Shown: in pieces, positions 27,367-39,739 of the stretch
How positions within the stretch are numbered: position 1 is the stretch's first letter
Layout: the number at the start of each line of letters is the position of its first letter
Origin: Candidatus Binatia bacterium
Lineage (GTDB): Bacteria > Desulfobacterota > Binatia > Bin18
Reading direction: 5' to 3'
DNA: 64,000 nucleotides
NCBI GenBank assembly: GCA_963664395.2
Contig: OY761159.2
Location: 1,984,001 to 2,048,000 of the forward strand
The notes under the pieces: generated by a model
Seen by the model: only the letters and a program-made list of their open reading frames with translations
The model's database searches: none
Told to the model about the DNA's origin: nothing
Translations under genes and position numbers: made by a program

Positions 27367-29121
27367 ATGCGCGGAACATATGCAGTGATTCAATCTCTAC
27401 CCTCCCCCTCGTGTGTACGCATTTCCCGTGTGTTGGGGCGGGTCGTGGCCGCAGTCGTGGCCGCAGTGGTATTGGCCGGGGGTGGGGTGTCCGCCGTGCA
27501 GGCGCAGAGCGCCCCGGCCTTACAGTTCACCTCGCCCACCGTATTGCGGCTTCATCCGGAAACCCGTCTATGGGCCAGGGATACGGATATGCACCCTGTT
27601 GATGGGAAGGGTGTGCTGGGACGGAAGAGATATTATTTCGACGCCTTGGCCGCGCAGCAGTCTGCCGCCGACGAGCTGACGTTCACGGTGGAGGGACAGG
27701 GCGGGGAGGCGCAGCAGTATTGTTTCGAGTCGCGGTGTGGGGCCGTGTCGGTCGAGGTCCTGGCGGAGCTGGGGCACCTGTATCTCGGCCTTGACATTGC
27801 AGAGTTCAAGAACAGAAACGATACGACAAACAGAGCTAAGTCGCGGGCTCTGGGGAGCAGGTCTGAGGATTTTCGCCCGCAGCGGGTAGAGGTCGCGGTG
27901 CAGGCCGGGTCCCGGAAGGTGTATCAGGAAGTGGTCGTGGCCGCCCCGGCCTCGGCGCCGGACTGTAGCGACTATCCGACGCGGAACGAGGACCGGTTCC
28001 GGTGTTACTACACCCGCGAGTATGGGGCTGCGGCTTTCCGGGAGCCGGCCCCCGAGTTGCTCGCCGGTCTGCCGGGGCAGTTGGTGCAGGATAGGGAGCA
28101 GTACGAGGTGGTGTTTGCCGAGGAGTTTACGGGCAGCTATACGCCGACGGCGGATCAGCATGACAAATGTGACCGCGGGCTTGCAGAGCTTGACAAGAGC
28201 AAGTGGAACCACCGCCATAAGCTGTGTCGCAGGCCGCGGCAGGGGGACCCGCAGGGGGCACCGTGCGAATACCTGGAAGACGGGCACCTCCATATTGCGT
28301 CCACCGGAGAATGCGGCAGCGATCTCAATAGCCGGGGTCTTTTCGAGCCGCGCTATGGGTATGTGGAAATCAGCTACACCATCAGTTCGTCCCGCTCGCC
28401 GGAGTCGCCGAGTCGGTTCCAGAACTACAATATGTTGCTGGGGAATCTGAATAGGGCGGAGAGGGAACCGCTCCGCAGCCACAACCTGGAGATTAATAGC
28501 CTGGAGCGCTTCCTGACCCTGGTGAATTGGGTCGAGCTTGATCTCGTTGAGTACGGTCCAAGATATAGACCAGACGTAATCGGACACCAGTATCGCAACT
28601 GGCTTCATGTCCATCACCCCGCTGTGCTGCCGTTACGGACGAATAAAAAAATGGAATTTTGTCAAGATGAGTCATCTGAAGGGGTGATACTCCGCTACGA
28701 TCCTCCCAATTGCAGCAATACGGCTGCCCGCATCACCATCACGGAGGGGATGGAGTGGACCCCCGAGGGGTATCTCTTCTTGCGGCAGGTGCATGGGCTT
28801 GATGACACCCCGACCATACCCGACAAGAGCGGCACGGAAATACAGGCCGCAACGTGGGCCGACAATAGCTGGCACATAAATGGGAACAACAGGCGACTCG
28901 TATCGGGGACCGAACGGGCCGCGTATTTTGTCCAGCCGGACCCCGACGATACCGCCTTTTACCTGGAGGCCCTGGGGATCGGCCATGCGCCAAGCGCGGT
29001 CTACATCGGGGCTTGGGGCTTCAGCAGGGCGCAGACGAATCAGGTGGAGATGACCATCGACTACATCCGGGTCTTTCAGCCCCGCAACCGCTATGCGGAC
29101 ATGGAGCCGCGCTACCAGTGA
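27367..29121 (+). CDS. Secreted GH16-like (beta-jelly roll) protein, paralogue 1
   Basis: Signal peptide (..AVQA|Q), VVFAEEF, RYGYVE, ExDxxE motif ELDLVE and C-terminal IDYIRVFQ. Confidence 0.75.
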   Translation: MRGTYAVIQSLPSPSCVRISRVLGRVVAAVVAAVVLAGGGVSAVQAQSAPALQFTSPTVLRLHPETRLWARDTDMHPVDGKGVLGRKRYYFDALAAQQSAADELTFTVEGQGGEAQQYCFESRCGAVSVEVLAELGHLYLGLDIAEFKNRNDTTNRAKSRALGSRSEDFRPQRVEVAVQAGSRKVYQEVVVAAPASAPDCSDYPTRNEDRFRCYYTREYGAAAFREPAPELLAGLPGQLVQDREQYEVVFAEEFTGSYTPTADQHDKCDRGLAELDKSKWNHRHKLCRRPRQGDPQGAPCEYLEDGHLHIASTGECGSDLNSRGLFEPRYGYVEISYTISSSRSPESPSRFQNYNMLLGNLNRAEREPLRSHNLEINSLERFLTLVNWVELDLVEYGPRYRPDVIGHQYRNWLHVHHPAVLPLRTNKKMEFCQDESSEGVILRYDPPNCSNTAARITITEGMEWTPEGYLFLRQVHGLDDTPTIPDKSGTEIQAATWADNSWHINGNNRRLVSGTERAAYFVQPDPDDTAFYLEALGIGHAPSAVYIGAWGFSRAQTNQVEMTIDYIRVFQPRNRYADMEPRYQ

Positions 29122-29134
29122 GCGGAGGAAAGTG

Positions 29135-30829
29135 ATGATGGACAGAGAGTTCAAACCCCCAACCCCCAACCTCTGGAGTGTGCTGAGTCTGCTCGCCGTG
29201 TTGGGCTGGGCGCTTCCGGTGCAGGCGCAGAGCGAGCCGGCCTTGCAGTTCACCTCGCCCACCGTATTTCAGGTCCACCCGGAAGTGACCATGCGCCCCT
29301 GGGATTACCCGCTGACCAACGATTGGGCGGTGGGAATAAAAACGTATCATTTCGACGCCTTGGCCGCGCAGCAGTCTGCCGCCGACGCTCTGACGTTCAC
29401 GGTGGAGGGGCAGGGCGGGGAGGCGCGGGAGTATTGCTTCGAGGAGCACTGCGGGGCCGTGTCGGTCGCGGTTACCGCGCCGGGCGGCCATCTGTATTTC
29501 GCCGTTGCCATTGACGCGCCGAGGAGCGGCAATGACAGGGTTAACAGCGGAAAAGCCACTCACATGAAGAGCAATTTTGAGGACTTTGCGGCGCGGCGGG
29601 TGGAGGTCGCGGTGCAGGCCGGGTCCCGGAAGGTATATCAGGAAGTGGTCGTGGCCGCGCCGGCGGATGCGCCGGACTGTAGCGACTATCCGACGCGGAA
29701 TGAGGACCGGTTCCGGTGTTACTACACCCGCGAGTATGAGGCTGCGGCTTTCCGGGAGCCGGCCAGCGAGTTGATCGCCAGTCTGCCGGGGCAGTTGGTG
29801 CAGGATAGGGAGCAGTACGAGGTGGTGTTTGCCGAGGAGTTTACGGGCAGCTATACGCCGGCGGCGGAGCAGGGGGACAACTGTGACCGGGGCCTCGAAG
29901 CCCTTGACGGGCGCAAGTGGAACTACCGCCATAAGCGGTGTCGCACGGACTGGGAGAGCCTGCCGTGCCACTATCTTGAGGATGGCCACTTGCATGTCGT
30001 CCTGAAGTCCCAATGCGGCGGCGGGATCTTTACCTCGGGTCTTTTCGAGCCGCGCTATGGGTATATGGAAGTCAGCTACACCCTCCAGACGACCCGCCCA
30101 CCGCGCTCGTCGAGCACTCAGTTTCAGAACTTCAACATCGTGCTCGGGGACCCGAGAAGGCCGGGGAAGCATCTGCTCCACACCCACGACCTGGAGATTA
30201 ATAGTCTGGAGCGTCTCCTGACCCTGGTGACCTGGCTGGAGTATGATTTCTTTGAGTACAATCCGGACAGTAGCAACATGGTTTCACACCAGTACCGCAA
30301 CTGGCTTCATGTCCACCACCCCGCTGTGCCGCCGTTACGGACGAATAAAAAAAGGGAATTTTGTAAAGGGAGCACATCTGAAGGGGGGGTACTCCGCTAC
30401 CAGCCTCCCAATTGCGGCAATACGGCTGCCCGCATCACCATCACGGAGGGGATGGAGTGGACCCCCGAGGGGTATCTCTTCTTGCGGCGGGTGCATGGGC
30501 TTGATGACACCCTGACCACACTCGACAAGAGCGGCACGGTCATACAGGCCGCAACGTGGGCCAACAATCGCTGGCACCTGGATGGGGACAACAGGCGACT
30601 CGTATCGGGGACCGAACGGGCCGAGTATTTTGTCGAGTTGGACCCCAACAACCCGACGTTCTACCTGGAAACGCTGGGGATCAGCCATGCGCCAAGCAAG
30701 ATCGGCGTCGGGACTTGGGGCTGGGATTTCGATTCAGAGCTGAGGAACCGGGTGGGGATGACGGTCGACTACATTCGGGTGTTTCAGCCCCGCAACCGCT
30801 ATGCGGACATGGAGCCGCTGTATCAGTGA
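29135..30829 (+). CDS. Secreted GH16-like protein, paralogue 2
   Basis: GGAGG RBS, signal peptide, EYDFFE motif and VDYIRVFQ. Confidence 0.75.
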   Translation: MMDREFKPPTPNLWSVLSLLAVLGWALPVQAQSEPALQFTSPTVFQVHPEVTMRPWDYPLTNDWAVGIKTYHFDALAAQQSAADALTFTVEGQGGEAREYCFEEHCGAVSVAVTAPGGHLYFAVAIDAPRSGNDRVNSGKATHMKSNFEDFAARRVEVAVQAGSRKVYQEVVVAAPADAPDCSDYPTRNEDRFRCYYTREYEAAAFREPASELIASLPGQLVQDREQYEVVFAEEFTGSYTPAAEQGDNCDRGLEALDGRKWNYRHKRCRTDWESLPCHYLEDGHLHVVLKSQCGGGIFTSGLFEPRYGYMEVSYTLQTTRPPRSSSTQFQNFNIVLGDPRRPGKHLLHTHDLEINSLERLLTLVTWLEYDFFEYNPDSSNMVSHQYRNWLHVHHPAVPPLRTNKKREFCKGSTSEGGVLRYQPPNCGNTAARITITEGMEWTPEGYLFLRRVHGLDDTLTTLDKSGTVIQAATWANNRWHLDGDNRRLVSGTERAEYFVELDPNNPTFYLETLGISHAPSKIGVGTWGWDFDSELRNRVGMTVDYIRVFQPRNRYADMEPLYQ

Positions 30830-30842
30830 GCGGAGGAAAGTG

Positions 30843-32516
30843 ATGATGGACAGAGAGTTCAAACCCCCAACCTCCACCCTCTGGAGTGTGCTGAGCCTGC
30901 TCGCCGTGTTGGGCTGGGCGCTTCCGGTGCAGGCGCAGAGCGAGCCGGCCTTGCAGTTCACCTCGCCCACCGTATTGCGGCTTCATCCGGAAAACCGTCT
31001 GTGGGCCAGGGATACGGATATGCACCCTATTGATGGGCAGGGTGTGCTGGGACAGAGGATGCATTATTTCGCCGCCTTGGCCGCGCAGCAGTCCGCCGCC
31101 GACGAGCTGACGTTCACGGTGGAGGGGCAGGGCGAGGAGGCGCAGCAGTATTGTTTCGAGGGGCACTGCGGAGCCGTGTCGGTCGCGGTTCTGGCGGAGC
31201 GGGGGAGCCTGTATCTCGGCGTTGACATTGCAGAGTTCAAGAACAGCAACGATACGACAAACAGAGGTAAGTCGCGGGCTCTGAAGAGCAAGTTTGAGGA
31301 CTTTGCGCCGCGGCGGGTGGAGGTAGCAGTGCAGGGGGGGCAACAGAAGGTGTATCAGGAAGTGGTCGTGGACGCCCCGGCGGAGGCGCCGGACTGTAGC
31401 GACTATCCGGGGCTGAGCGAGGATCGGTTCCGGTGTTACTTCACCCGGGAGCATGGGGCTGCGGCTTTCCGGGACCCGGCCCGCAATAGTACCTTGGTGG
31501 CGAATCTGCCGGCGCAGTTGGTGCAGGACCGGGAGCAGTACGAGGTGGTGTTTGCCGAGGAGTTTACGGGCAGCTATACACCGACGGCGGAGCCGGGCGA
31601 CTGTGACCGCGGGCTGGCAGCCCTGGACGGGGGCAAGTGGAACCACCGCGATAAGCTGTGTCGCACGGACCCGCAGGGGGCACCACCGTGCGAATACCTT
31701 GAGGATGGTCACTTGCATATGTGGCAAGGCAGAGAATGTGTCTCTGAGATGACCACCCTGGGCCTCTTCGAGCCCCGGTATGGATATGTGGAAACCCGCT
31801 TCACCATCGACGCGGCTCGGCCGAATTACGATTCTGGCCTCAATAGCTATCAGAATTACTACATCTATATGGGGAACCTGAGAAGAGTGGGGCAACATTT
31901 GCTCAGCACCCACAATCTGCCCATCAGCAGTCTCGAGGACCTCCTGACGTTGGTCCCGTGGGTAGAGATGGATGTAATCGAGTACGTTCCACACTCCGAC
32001 CTAGGACTCTTGCACCGTTATCGAAACTGGGGCCCGTTTGTCCACCATCGAGATGTCCGACCGATGCGGACGACTAGATGGGAGCTCTATCGGACTTGTG
32101 GAGACTCGCGGTGCCGAAATATTGACAGAATCACCATTACCCTAGGGATGGAGTGGACCCCCGGTGGATATCTTCTCTTGGAGCAGGTGCATTGGCGCGA
32201 TGACAAACCGGAAATCATCGACAAGGCGGACATCGACATCGAAGCCGCAGCATGGCGTAGCAATGAGTGGAGTATAGCGGGGAGCCACCGCCAGCCGATT
32301 TGGAGGTCCCACAGAGACCCGTACTTCATCCATCCGGACCCCGACGATACCACCTTCTACTTGGAGGCGCTGGGGATCAGCCATGCGCCAAGCTCCATCA
32401 ACCTCGGGGTTTGGGGCTATTATAACGGGGGTCGGGCATCTGAGGTGACCATCGACTACATCCGCGTCTTTCAGCCCCGCAACCGCTATGCGGACATGGA
32501 GCCGCTGTATCAATGA
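30843..32516 (+). CDS. Secreted GH16-like protein, paralogue 3
   Basis: Same RBS and signal as paralogue 2; EMDVIE motif; IDYIRVFQ. Confidence 0.75.
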   Translation: MMDREFKPPTSTLWSVLSLLAVLGWALPVQAQSEPALQFTSPTVLRLHPENRLWARDTDMHPIDGQGVLGQRMHYFAALAAQQSAADELTFTVEGQGEEAQQYCFEGHCGAVSVAVLAERGSLYLGVDIAEFKNSNDTTNRGKSRALKSKFEDFAPRRVEVAVQGGQQKVYQEVVVDAPAEAPDCSDYPGLSEDRFRCYFTREHGAAAFRDPARNSTLVANLPAQLVQDREQYEVVFAEEFTGSYTPTAEPGDCDRGLAALDGGKWNHRDKLCRTDPQGAPPCEYLEDGHLHMWQGRECVSEMTTLGLFEPRYGYVETRFTIDAARPNYDSGLNSYQNYYIYMGNLRRVGQHLLSTHNLPISSLEDLLTLVPWVEMDVIEYVPHSDLGLLHRYRNWGPFVHHRDVRPMRTTRWELYRTCGDSRCRNIDRITITLGMEWTPGGYLLLEQVHWRDDKPEIIDKADIDIEAAAWRSNEWSIAGSHRQPIWRSHRDPYFIHPDPDDTTFYLEALGISHAPSSINLGVWGYYNGGRASEVTIDYIRVFQPRNRYADMEPLYQ

Positions 32517-35500
32517 GAGTGCCGTCCCGTCTCCAGATCGATAACGGGGTCGCTACGCCGCTCCCGCTTCTGCTGCTGACCCTTCTCTTGGTCGTGCCGG
32601 CCTCGCCCGCCCTGGGGCAAAGTCTGGTCTTCTCATCAAATACCCTCAGCGTGGCCGAAGGCGCCACGCAGACCTACACGGTGAAGCTGGCGACGCAGCC
32701 GAGCGCAGACGTAACGGTCCAGATACGGAGCCTGGATAAGGGCGCCGCCACGGCGCTACCGCTCCGCATGACGTTCACGACCGTGAACTGGGACACCACA
32801 CAGACGGTGACGGTGAGCGGGGTCGCAGACCCGGACAGGGTAGCCGAGACGGTGACCCTCAAACACCGAGCCTCGGGGGGCGACTACGACAATGTCACCG
32901 GCGATGTGACGGCCTCCGTGACGGACGCTGCCGGCTTCACGCTGAGCTGCGGCAATACCGTAGCCGAAGACGCCACGCTGACCTGCACCCTGAGCAATCC
33001 CGGCAGCAGCGCGGTGCCGTGGCCGGGAGTCGCCATGTTTCATCTGTCCGAGGACGCGGACCGCGCCCTGGTCAGGGGCGAGGATGTCGATGTGGAATTC
33101 GACACGCTGACGCCGGCAGCCAGTGCGAACTTCGACCAGGAGCTTGAAGGCGGGGTCTGGTGGGTCGGGCGGGTGCTGGTCGCCTATGAGCGCTTCGACT
33201 GGTCCGGAAATGCCGCAGCCAGTGCGTCGCGGTCGATCCCCATCATGGCCTTGGACGACGAGCTGTATGAGGGCGACGAACAGTTCTACATCACCCTGAC
33301 GCCCGACGGCACCCGCAACGCCACGGCCCTGTACTACGACACCCATAAACAGACGATTACGGTGACCGACACCGATACCGCCGGCACCGACACCTCGCTG
33401 GCAAGTCTGGACGTCCGCGCCCCGGGGGCGGCTTCGGCGTTATCGACAACCCCGTCGGGAACATCGTACACGGCAAGCGTGGACTATAAGGTGAGCGAGG
33501 TCGTGGTCACACCCACGGCGACCCATCACGCCGCCACCATTATCGTCGGCAGTGATGAAGAAGAGGTGGAGAGCGGCGGGACCAGCAGCATTTTTCAGTT
33601 GACAGCCGGGGCCACTACCAGCATTACGGTCACGGTGACCGCCGAGGACGGCACCAGCACGCAGACCTACACCATTACGCTGACCCGTGCCAGCCAAGAC
33701 GACAACCGTAACCGTGGCGACCGACTCCTTCAGTTTGGAGTGCCCCTCTCAAGGCAGAGAGGGAACGACCCTCTCCTGTACCCTCACCAACACCGGATCA
33801 AGCCCCGAAAAGTTTCCGGTCGTGGCCCTCATCCACAGTTCCCTTGACGACGACCTCGCCACAGTTGCGGAGGACTCGATCCTGCCCGCCTCGGACTCCG
33901 CCTACCGGGATGACGTCAGCTTCCCGGCAGCGGTGCGGACCTCCAGTAACTCCGAGTACACGTATGGCTACGGAGAATTGTTCTCCGGCGGCTCCGAGGA
34001 GTATGTGACCTACGGCTACGAGAAGTACACCAGAACGGACGACGAAGACACGACAGCAACAGAAGATGAAGTTGCCGCGGGCGCCACGCGAACGGTCTCC
34101 ATTGAGCCGCAGAGCGATACGGTTGACGAAAGCGCAGAACAGTTTTACGTGGGTTTGGCACCGGCGGGCTATACGGGACTCAAGCAACTCGTGGCCAACA
34201 AGGTCCCGCTTCTCATTCTCTCTCCCGTCCCCACCGCACCGGCATTCGCGGCCTCAACCACAACGCGTAGCGTGGTCGAGAATACGCCCGCGAATCAACC
34301 CATCGGCGAGCCGGTGGCGGCTACGGACGCCGATGGCGATGGGCTGACCTACAGCCTGGGCGGAACGGATGTCGTCTCCTTCGACATCGACACCGCCAGC
34401 GGGCAGTTGAAGACCAAGGCCGCGCTGAACCATACGATCAAGAGCAGCTACAGCGTCACCGTGAGCGTAACCGACGGAGAAGATGCCGACGGCGCTGAAG
34501 AAACGACCCCGACCATAGACGACACCATCACCGTGACCATCACCGTCCTCGACGTGAACGAGCCGCCGGTCGTGAGCGGAGACCAGTGTCACCGTGAATT
34601 ACGCCGAGCACGGCACGGGCGACGTATACACCTTCAGCGCCACCGACCCGGAGAGCGACACTCTTACCTGGACCCTGACCGGGGACGACGCCGGTGCCTT
34701 CACAATCACGGCCGGTGTCCTCAGCTTCCGCTCTGCGCCCGATTACGAAGCCCCGACGGACACCGGCATGAACAACGTCTACACGGTCAGCGTGAACGTG
34801 TCCGACGGCAAGAACGCCGCCCACGAGACCGACACGACCGTCGATGCCACCGTCGCCGTGACCGTCACCGTGACCAACATTAACGAAGTGGGGGCCGTGA
34901 CCTTTGACGTGACGCAGCCGCAGGTGGGGCGAGGCATGACGGCCATGCTGATCGACCCGGACGGCGGTCTGAGCATCATCTGGACGTGGGAGCGGTCCGC
35001 CAGCCAATACCGGCCCCTGGACCGAAATCACAACGGGGTGTCGTCGTCGAGCTACACGCCGGTGGCGATCGATGGGAGTCAGTATCTGCGGGTCAGTGCA
35101 ACCTACACCGACAGCGTCGGCGGGCCGAGCGCCACGTCAGAGCCGGTGCAGGTCCTGCCCCTCCCGACGGTGTCGCTGGAGCTGTTATCGTCCGAGATCG
35201 CCGAGAGCGGCGCGGGGAACAGCACGACGGTCAGAGCACGGCTGAGCCGGATCTCACCCGCGCCGACGAGCGTGACCGTGACGGCCGGAGCGGGGGTGAC
35301 GGTGAGCGGGAATCCGCTGACGATCACAGCCGGGAGTCTGACGAGTACCTACTCGGTAACGCTCACCGCCAAGGACAACAATGTGCACGGGCCGGAGCGC
35401 AAGACCGTGGACGTGAGCGCGACGAGCGTAACCAACACCGACGGTGTCACAGGTCCGGCCTCGGTCGAGTTGACCATCACGGACGACGACGAGCCGCCGA

Positions 35501-38500
35501 TGGTGACACGCTGGCCCTGTCCCCGATTAAAATCAATGAGAGCGGCACGGGGAACAGCGCGACGGTGACGGCGAGCCTGCCTACGACATCGAGCGTATCG
35601 AGCGGTGCTATCGAACTCACGGTCGCAGCCACGCCCGTCGAGCCGGCCACGGCCGCCGACTTTATGCTGAGTTCGACCACTACGCTGACCATTCCCGCCG
35701 AGGGGCGGACGAGCAGCGGCACGGTGACGCTGACGGCGGCGGACGACACTATCGACGAGCCGGACGAGACGGTGAGCGTGGAGGCTGACGGTCACGCAGG
35801 GCACGGCCACGGCCCCGGAGGCCGTCCTGCTGACCATCGCCGACACCGACAATCCGCCGACGCTGACGCTGATACTGACGCCAGCCTCGATCAGCGAGAA
35901 CGGCGGGGTGAGCACGGTGACGGCCACGCTGAGTCATGCGTCGAGCGCCGCTATCGCGGTGACGGTGTCGGCGGAACCCACGGCGCCGGCCACGGCGGCA
36001 GACTTTACGCTGAGCGGGGAGACGCTGACCTTTCCGGCCGGTGACAAGACCAGCACCGGCACGGTGACGACTTTCTGACGGCGGAGAACAACGATCTCGA
36101 CACCCCGGACAAGACGGTGACGGTGAAAGGAGAGGTGGACAGCTATGGCCTGCCGGGCACGATTGCGGCGGCCACGCAGACGCTGACCATCGACGGACGA
36201 CGATGCGCCGGTGGTGACCCTGGCGTTGTCGAACAGCACGATCGACGAGGGCGAGACGGTGGATGTGACGGCCACGCTGAGTCATGAGTCGAGCGCCGAT
36301 ATCACGGTCACGCTGTCGGCGGCGGCCGTGGACCCGGCCACGGCGGCAGACTTCACGCTGAGCAGGGGGAGACACGCTGACCTTCAAGGCCGGTGACAAG
36401 ACCAGCACCGGGGAGGTGACGCTGACGGCGGTGAATGACGCCGTAGACGGGCCGGAGACCAAAGAGGTGACCGTGACGGGGACGGGGCCGACCGACCGCT
36501 CGGACATCACGGTGGCGGGGCCGGTGACGCTGACGATTACGGACAACGACACCCGTGGGGTGACGCTGGACGGCGGGGGGGCAGCCGATTCCGCCGGAAG
36601 GGCTGTCGATCACGGAAGGCGACACGGGCAGCTACACCGTGGTGCTGGACTCCCAGCCGACCGCCACCGTGGACGATTGCCGTGGCGTCCGATGACACGG
36701 CGGTCCACGTGAGTCCGACACCGCTGATGTTCACCAAGAGCGACTGGAAGACGCCAAGACCGTGACGATCCGCACGGAAGACGACGCGGACGGCGATGAT
36801 CTGGAGGCGACGATTACGCACACCGTGACGGGCGGCGACTACGAAGCCAATAACGTGCCGGCGGCGGATGTGGCGGTGACCGTGACGGATGACGAGAGTC
36901 CGTCCACGGGTGCGAGTTTGAGTGTGAATCCAACTTCAGTCGGAGAGGAAGAGGAAGATGCAGGCGAGACGGTGACGGTGACCGCGACGTTGAACCGGGC
37001 CGTGCTCCAGCAACCCACCGAGGTGACCGTCTCAGTCACGTCCGGGACGGCGGTGTCAGATACCGACTTCGACGCGGTGCAGGACTTCCCCCTGACGATT
37101 CCGGCGAACGCGAAGAGCGGCACGTGCGACCTTCACCCTGACGCCGGTGAACGATGACATCCACGAGCCGAACGAGACGGTCACGGTAAGTGGCACGGCG
37201 GCGGCCCTGTCGGATGGCGTGGAATCGCGGCGACGCTGACGATCACGGACAACGACAGCCCGCCGACGCTGGACCGGCTGGAGCTGGCGGAGACCCGGAT
37301 CGAGGAGAGTGGTGAGACCACCACCCTGACGGCGGTTCTGAGTAATCCGTCGAGTGTTGAGACGGTGGTCGGGCTGACGGTGCTGGCCGGGGCGGAGGCG
37401 GTCGAGTTGAGCGCGAGTGAGCTGACCATCCCGGCAGGGGAACCAAGCGGGACGGTGACGCTGACCGGAGTGGACAAAGCGGGCTACGGGTCGCACCGCC
37501 CGGTGACGCTGCGGGGGCGGGTGACCAGCCCGGCCTTGGGCGGACGTGTGGCTCGCACGACGAAGCCACCCTGACCGTCCTGGACGACGATCCGCCCACG
37601 GTAGGGGGCAAAGCCGAAGTCAACGTCATTGAGGGGAATAGGGAGGTGGACACGTACACCGCGGCGGACCCGGCGGGGGTCAGGCTGGTGTGGGCGGTGG
37701 ACGATCCGTCAATTTTGCCATTGACTCGAACGGGCGGCTGAGATTCCAGGCGGACCCGGACCACGAGACGCAACCCTCTTACAGCGTGACGGTCGAAGCG
37801 ACCGACCGGAGCCTGCCCGACGTACCGCTCACCGGTTCTCTGGCTGTCACCGTCACGGTGCGGGACGCCCCGGGCGAGGTGAGCCTGTCGCCGTCATCAC
37901 CCCAAGTCGGGCGGGTGCTCACAGCGACCGTAACGGACCCGGACGAGGTGAAGGCAGTCACCGAGTGGTGCTGGGAGCGGTCTGACTTCTCGGACTTCCA
38001 TGCCGAGACCGATGCGCTGTCCTGTACCGCTAGCGACCTGACCACGACGGCGACCTACGTGCCGGGGAATGCGGAGGTGAACCACTACCTACGGGCCATG
38101 GCGTCCTATACCGACGGCGATGAGACGACCAAGAGCAAGCCAGTGGCAGGGGTCTCGGATAACCAAGTCACAGCCCGGCCACCCCCGCCGCCACAGACAC
38201 GGCCCACACCAAGCAGGGGCGGCGGCGGCGGGGGTGGTGGCGGGGGTGGCGAGGTCCGCGACGACCATGGCAACATGCCGGCGCAGGCGACGCGGGTCAT
38301 GCTCAACGCCGCTCGGACCGCCTCCACGCCGGGGCAGTTCCATGCCCCGGACGATGTGGATTATTTTGAGGTACTGCTCCCGCAGGCCGGGCTGTTGGCG
38401 GTCGAGACGCGCGGGACCACCGATACGGTCGGCACGGTGTGGCAGGACGGAGCCATGCTGGCACGGGCCGACCGTGGGGGGGAGGGGCAGAACTTCCGGC

Positions 38501-39453
38501 TGCGCACCCCGGTGACGGCCGCGCCGGTGCTGGTGGCCGTGGAGGGGCAGGGCGGGACGACCGGGGCGTATACGCTGGAGGCACGTTTGTTGAACGGCTA
38601 TCTGGAGAACCCGGGGGTGGCGTCGTCCCAGAGCGGCCTCGGCCTCATTTCGGGCTGGGTGTGTGACGCCGACTTAGTGGAGATTGAGATTGGGGACTTT
38701 CTGCCGCAAGCGGCTGCGTATGGCACCGAGCGCTTGGACACGGCCGGGGTATGTGGGGACACGGACAACGGCTTTGGGTTGTTGTTCAACTGGAACTTGC
38801 TGGGCGATGGCGCGCATACGGTGGTGGCCGTCGTGGATGGGGTGGAACTCGACCGGGCGACCGTGACGGTGACGACGCTGGGGGCGGAGTTTCTGCGGGA
38901 GGTGACGGGGACGTGTACCGCCGCAGATTTCCCGACCGGGGACGAGACGGTCACCCTGGCGTGGCAACAGACACAGCAGAACTTTGTGATTGTGGACGGT
39001 CCGGCTCCTGCCAGCACCACCAACCGGGTGGGCACCCCCGGCGTGGGGTATCTGGAGAATCCGGGACCCCATTCGTTTCAGAGTGGCATTGGGGTGATTT
39101 CGGGCTGGGTGTGTGAGGGGGCCGAGGTCGTCATCGAGCTGAACGGGGCGGGCCAGCCGGCGGCGTATGGGACCGAGCGGTTGGACACGCTGGAGATGTG
39201 TGGCGACACGGACAATGGCTTTGGCCTCTTGTTCAACTGGAACCTGTTGGGAGACGGAGCCCATACCGTCGTGGCCCTAGTCGATGGGATGGAGTTAGGC
39301 CGGGCCACGGTGCAGGTGACGACGTTGGGCGTAGAGTTTCTGCGGGATGTTGAGGGCGAGTGTGTGGTCGAGGACTTCCCCATGCTGGGCGAGACGGTGC
39401 TGTTGGAGTGGCAACAGAATAGTCAGAATTTTGTCATTACGGACGTGGAGTAG
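32513..39453 (+). pseudogene. Giant surface adhesin (Calx-beta/cadherin/Ig-like repeats, Pro/Gly linker, PPC-like domain, duplicated C-terminal domain), split by many frameshifts
   Basis: Consecutive + strand fragments (32513, 33687, 34594, ..., 36762, 37690) continue the same Thr/Val-rich repeats. Motifs include RSVVENTPANQPIGEPVAATDADGD, PDYEAPTD and DDHGN..DVDYF. The breaks may be sequencing errors rather than true pseudogenisation. Confidence 0.8.
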
Positions 39454-39603
39454 AGGCCCTGCTCACCCTACTGGCTGGTCTCCGCTACTTTGGCGGCCGC
39501 CCGCTCCGCCAATCTGAAAACTGCTCCATAACCTACCAGCTAACGGTAGAGGGCTACAGCCATCTTGAGGAGCTGGTCCTATCCGAATTTCACCCCAAAC
39601 AGC

Positions 39604-39708
39604 CTAGCGCAAATCACGCTGCTGTGTAGCCGCCCGCTGGATGCCGGATCACGTCCGGCATGACGAGCGCGTACGGGCACGGCTACAGACTAACGTGAAA
39701 CGCTCTCA
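39604..39708. mobile_element. MITE-like element, copy 3 (internally deleted)
   Basis: Near-identical to 26982-27130 but lacks the first hairpin. Confidence 0.7.
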
Positions 39709-39739
39709 TTTCGAGGCCAATGCCAACGGTGTAAAGATT

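Noticed and set aside
25511-31994. Long antisense ORFs (25511-26545, 27568-28617, 29021-30187, 30681-31994)
   Set aside because: These are shadow frames of GC-rich + strand genes with no motifs.
24906-39708. CRISPR array from the palindromic repeats
   Set aside because: The copies are kilobases apart, with no regular spacers and no cas genes.
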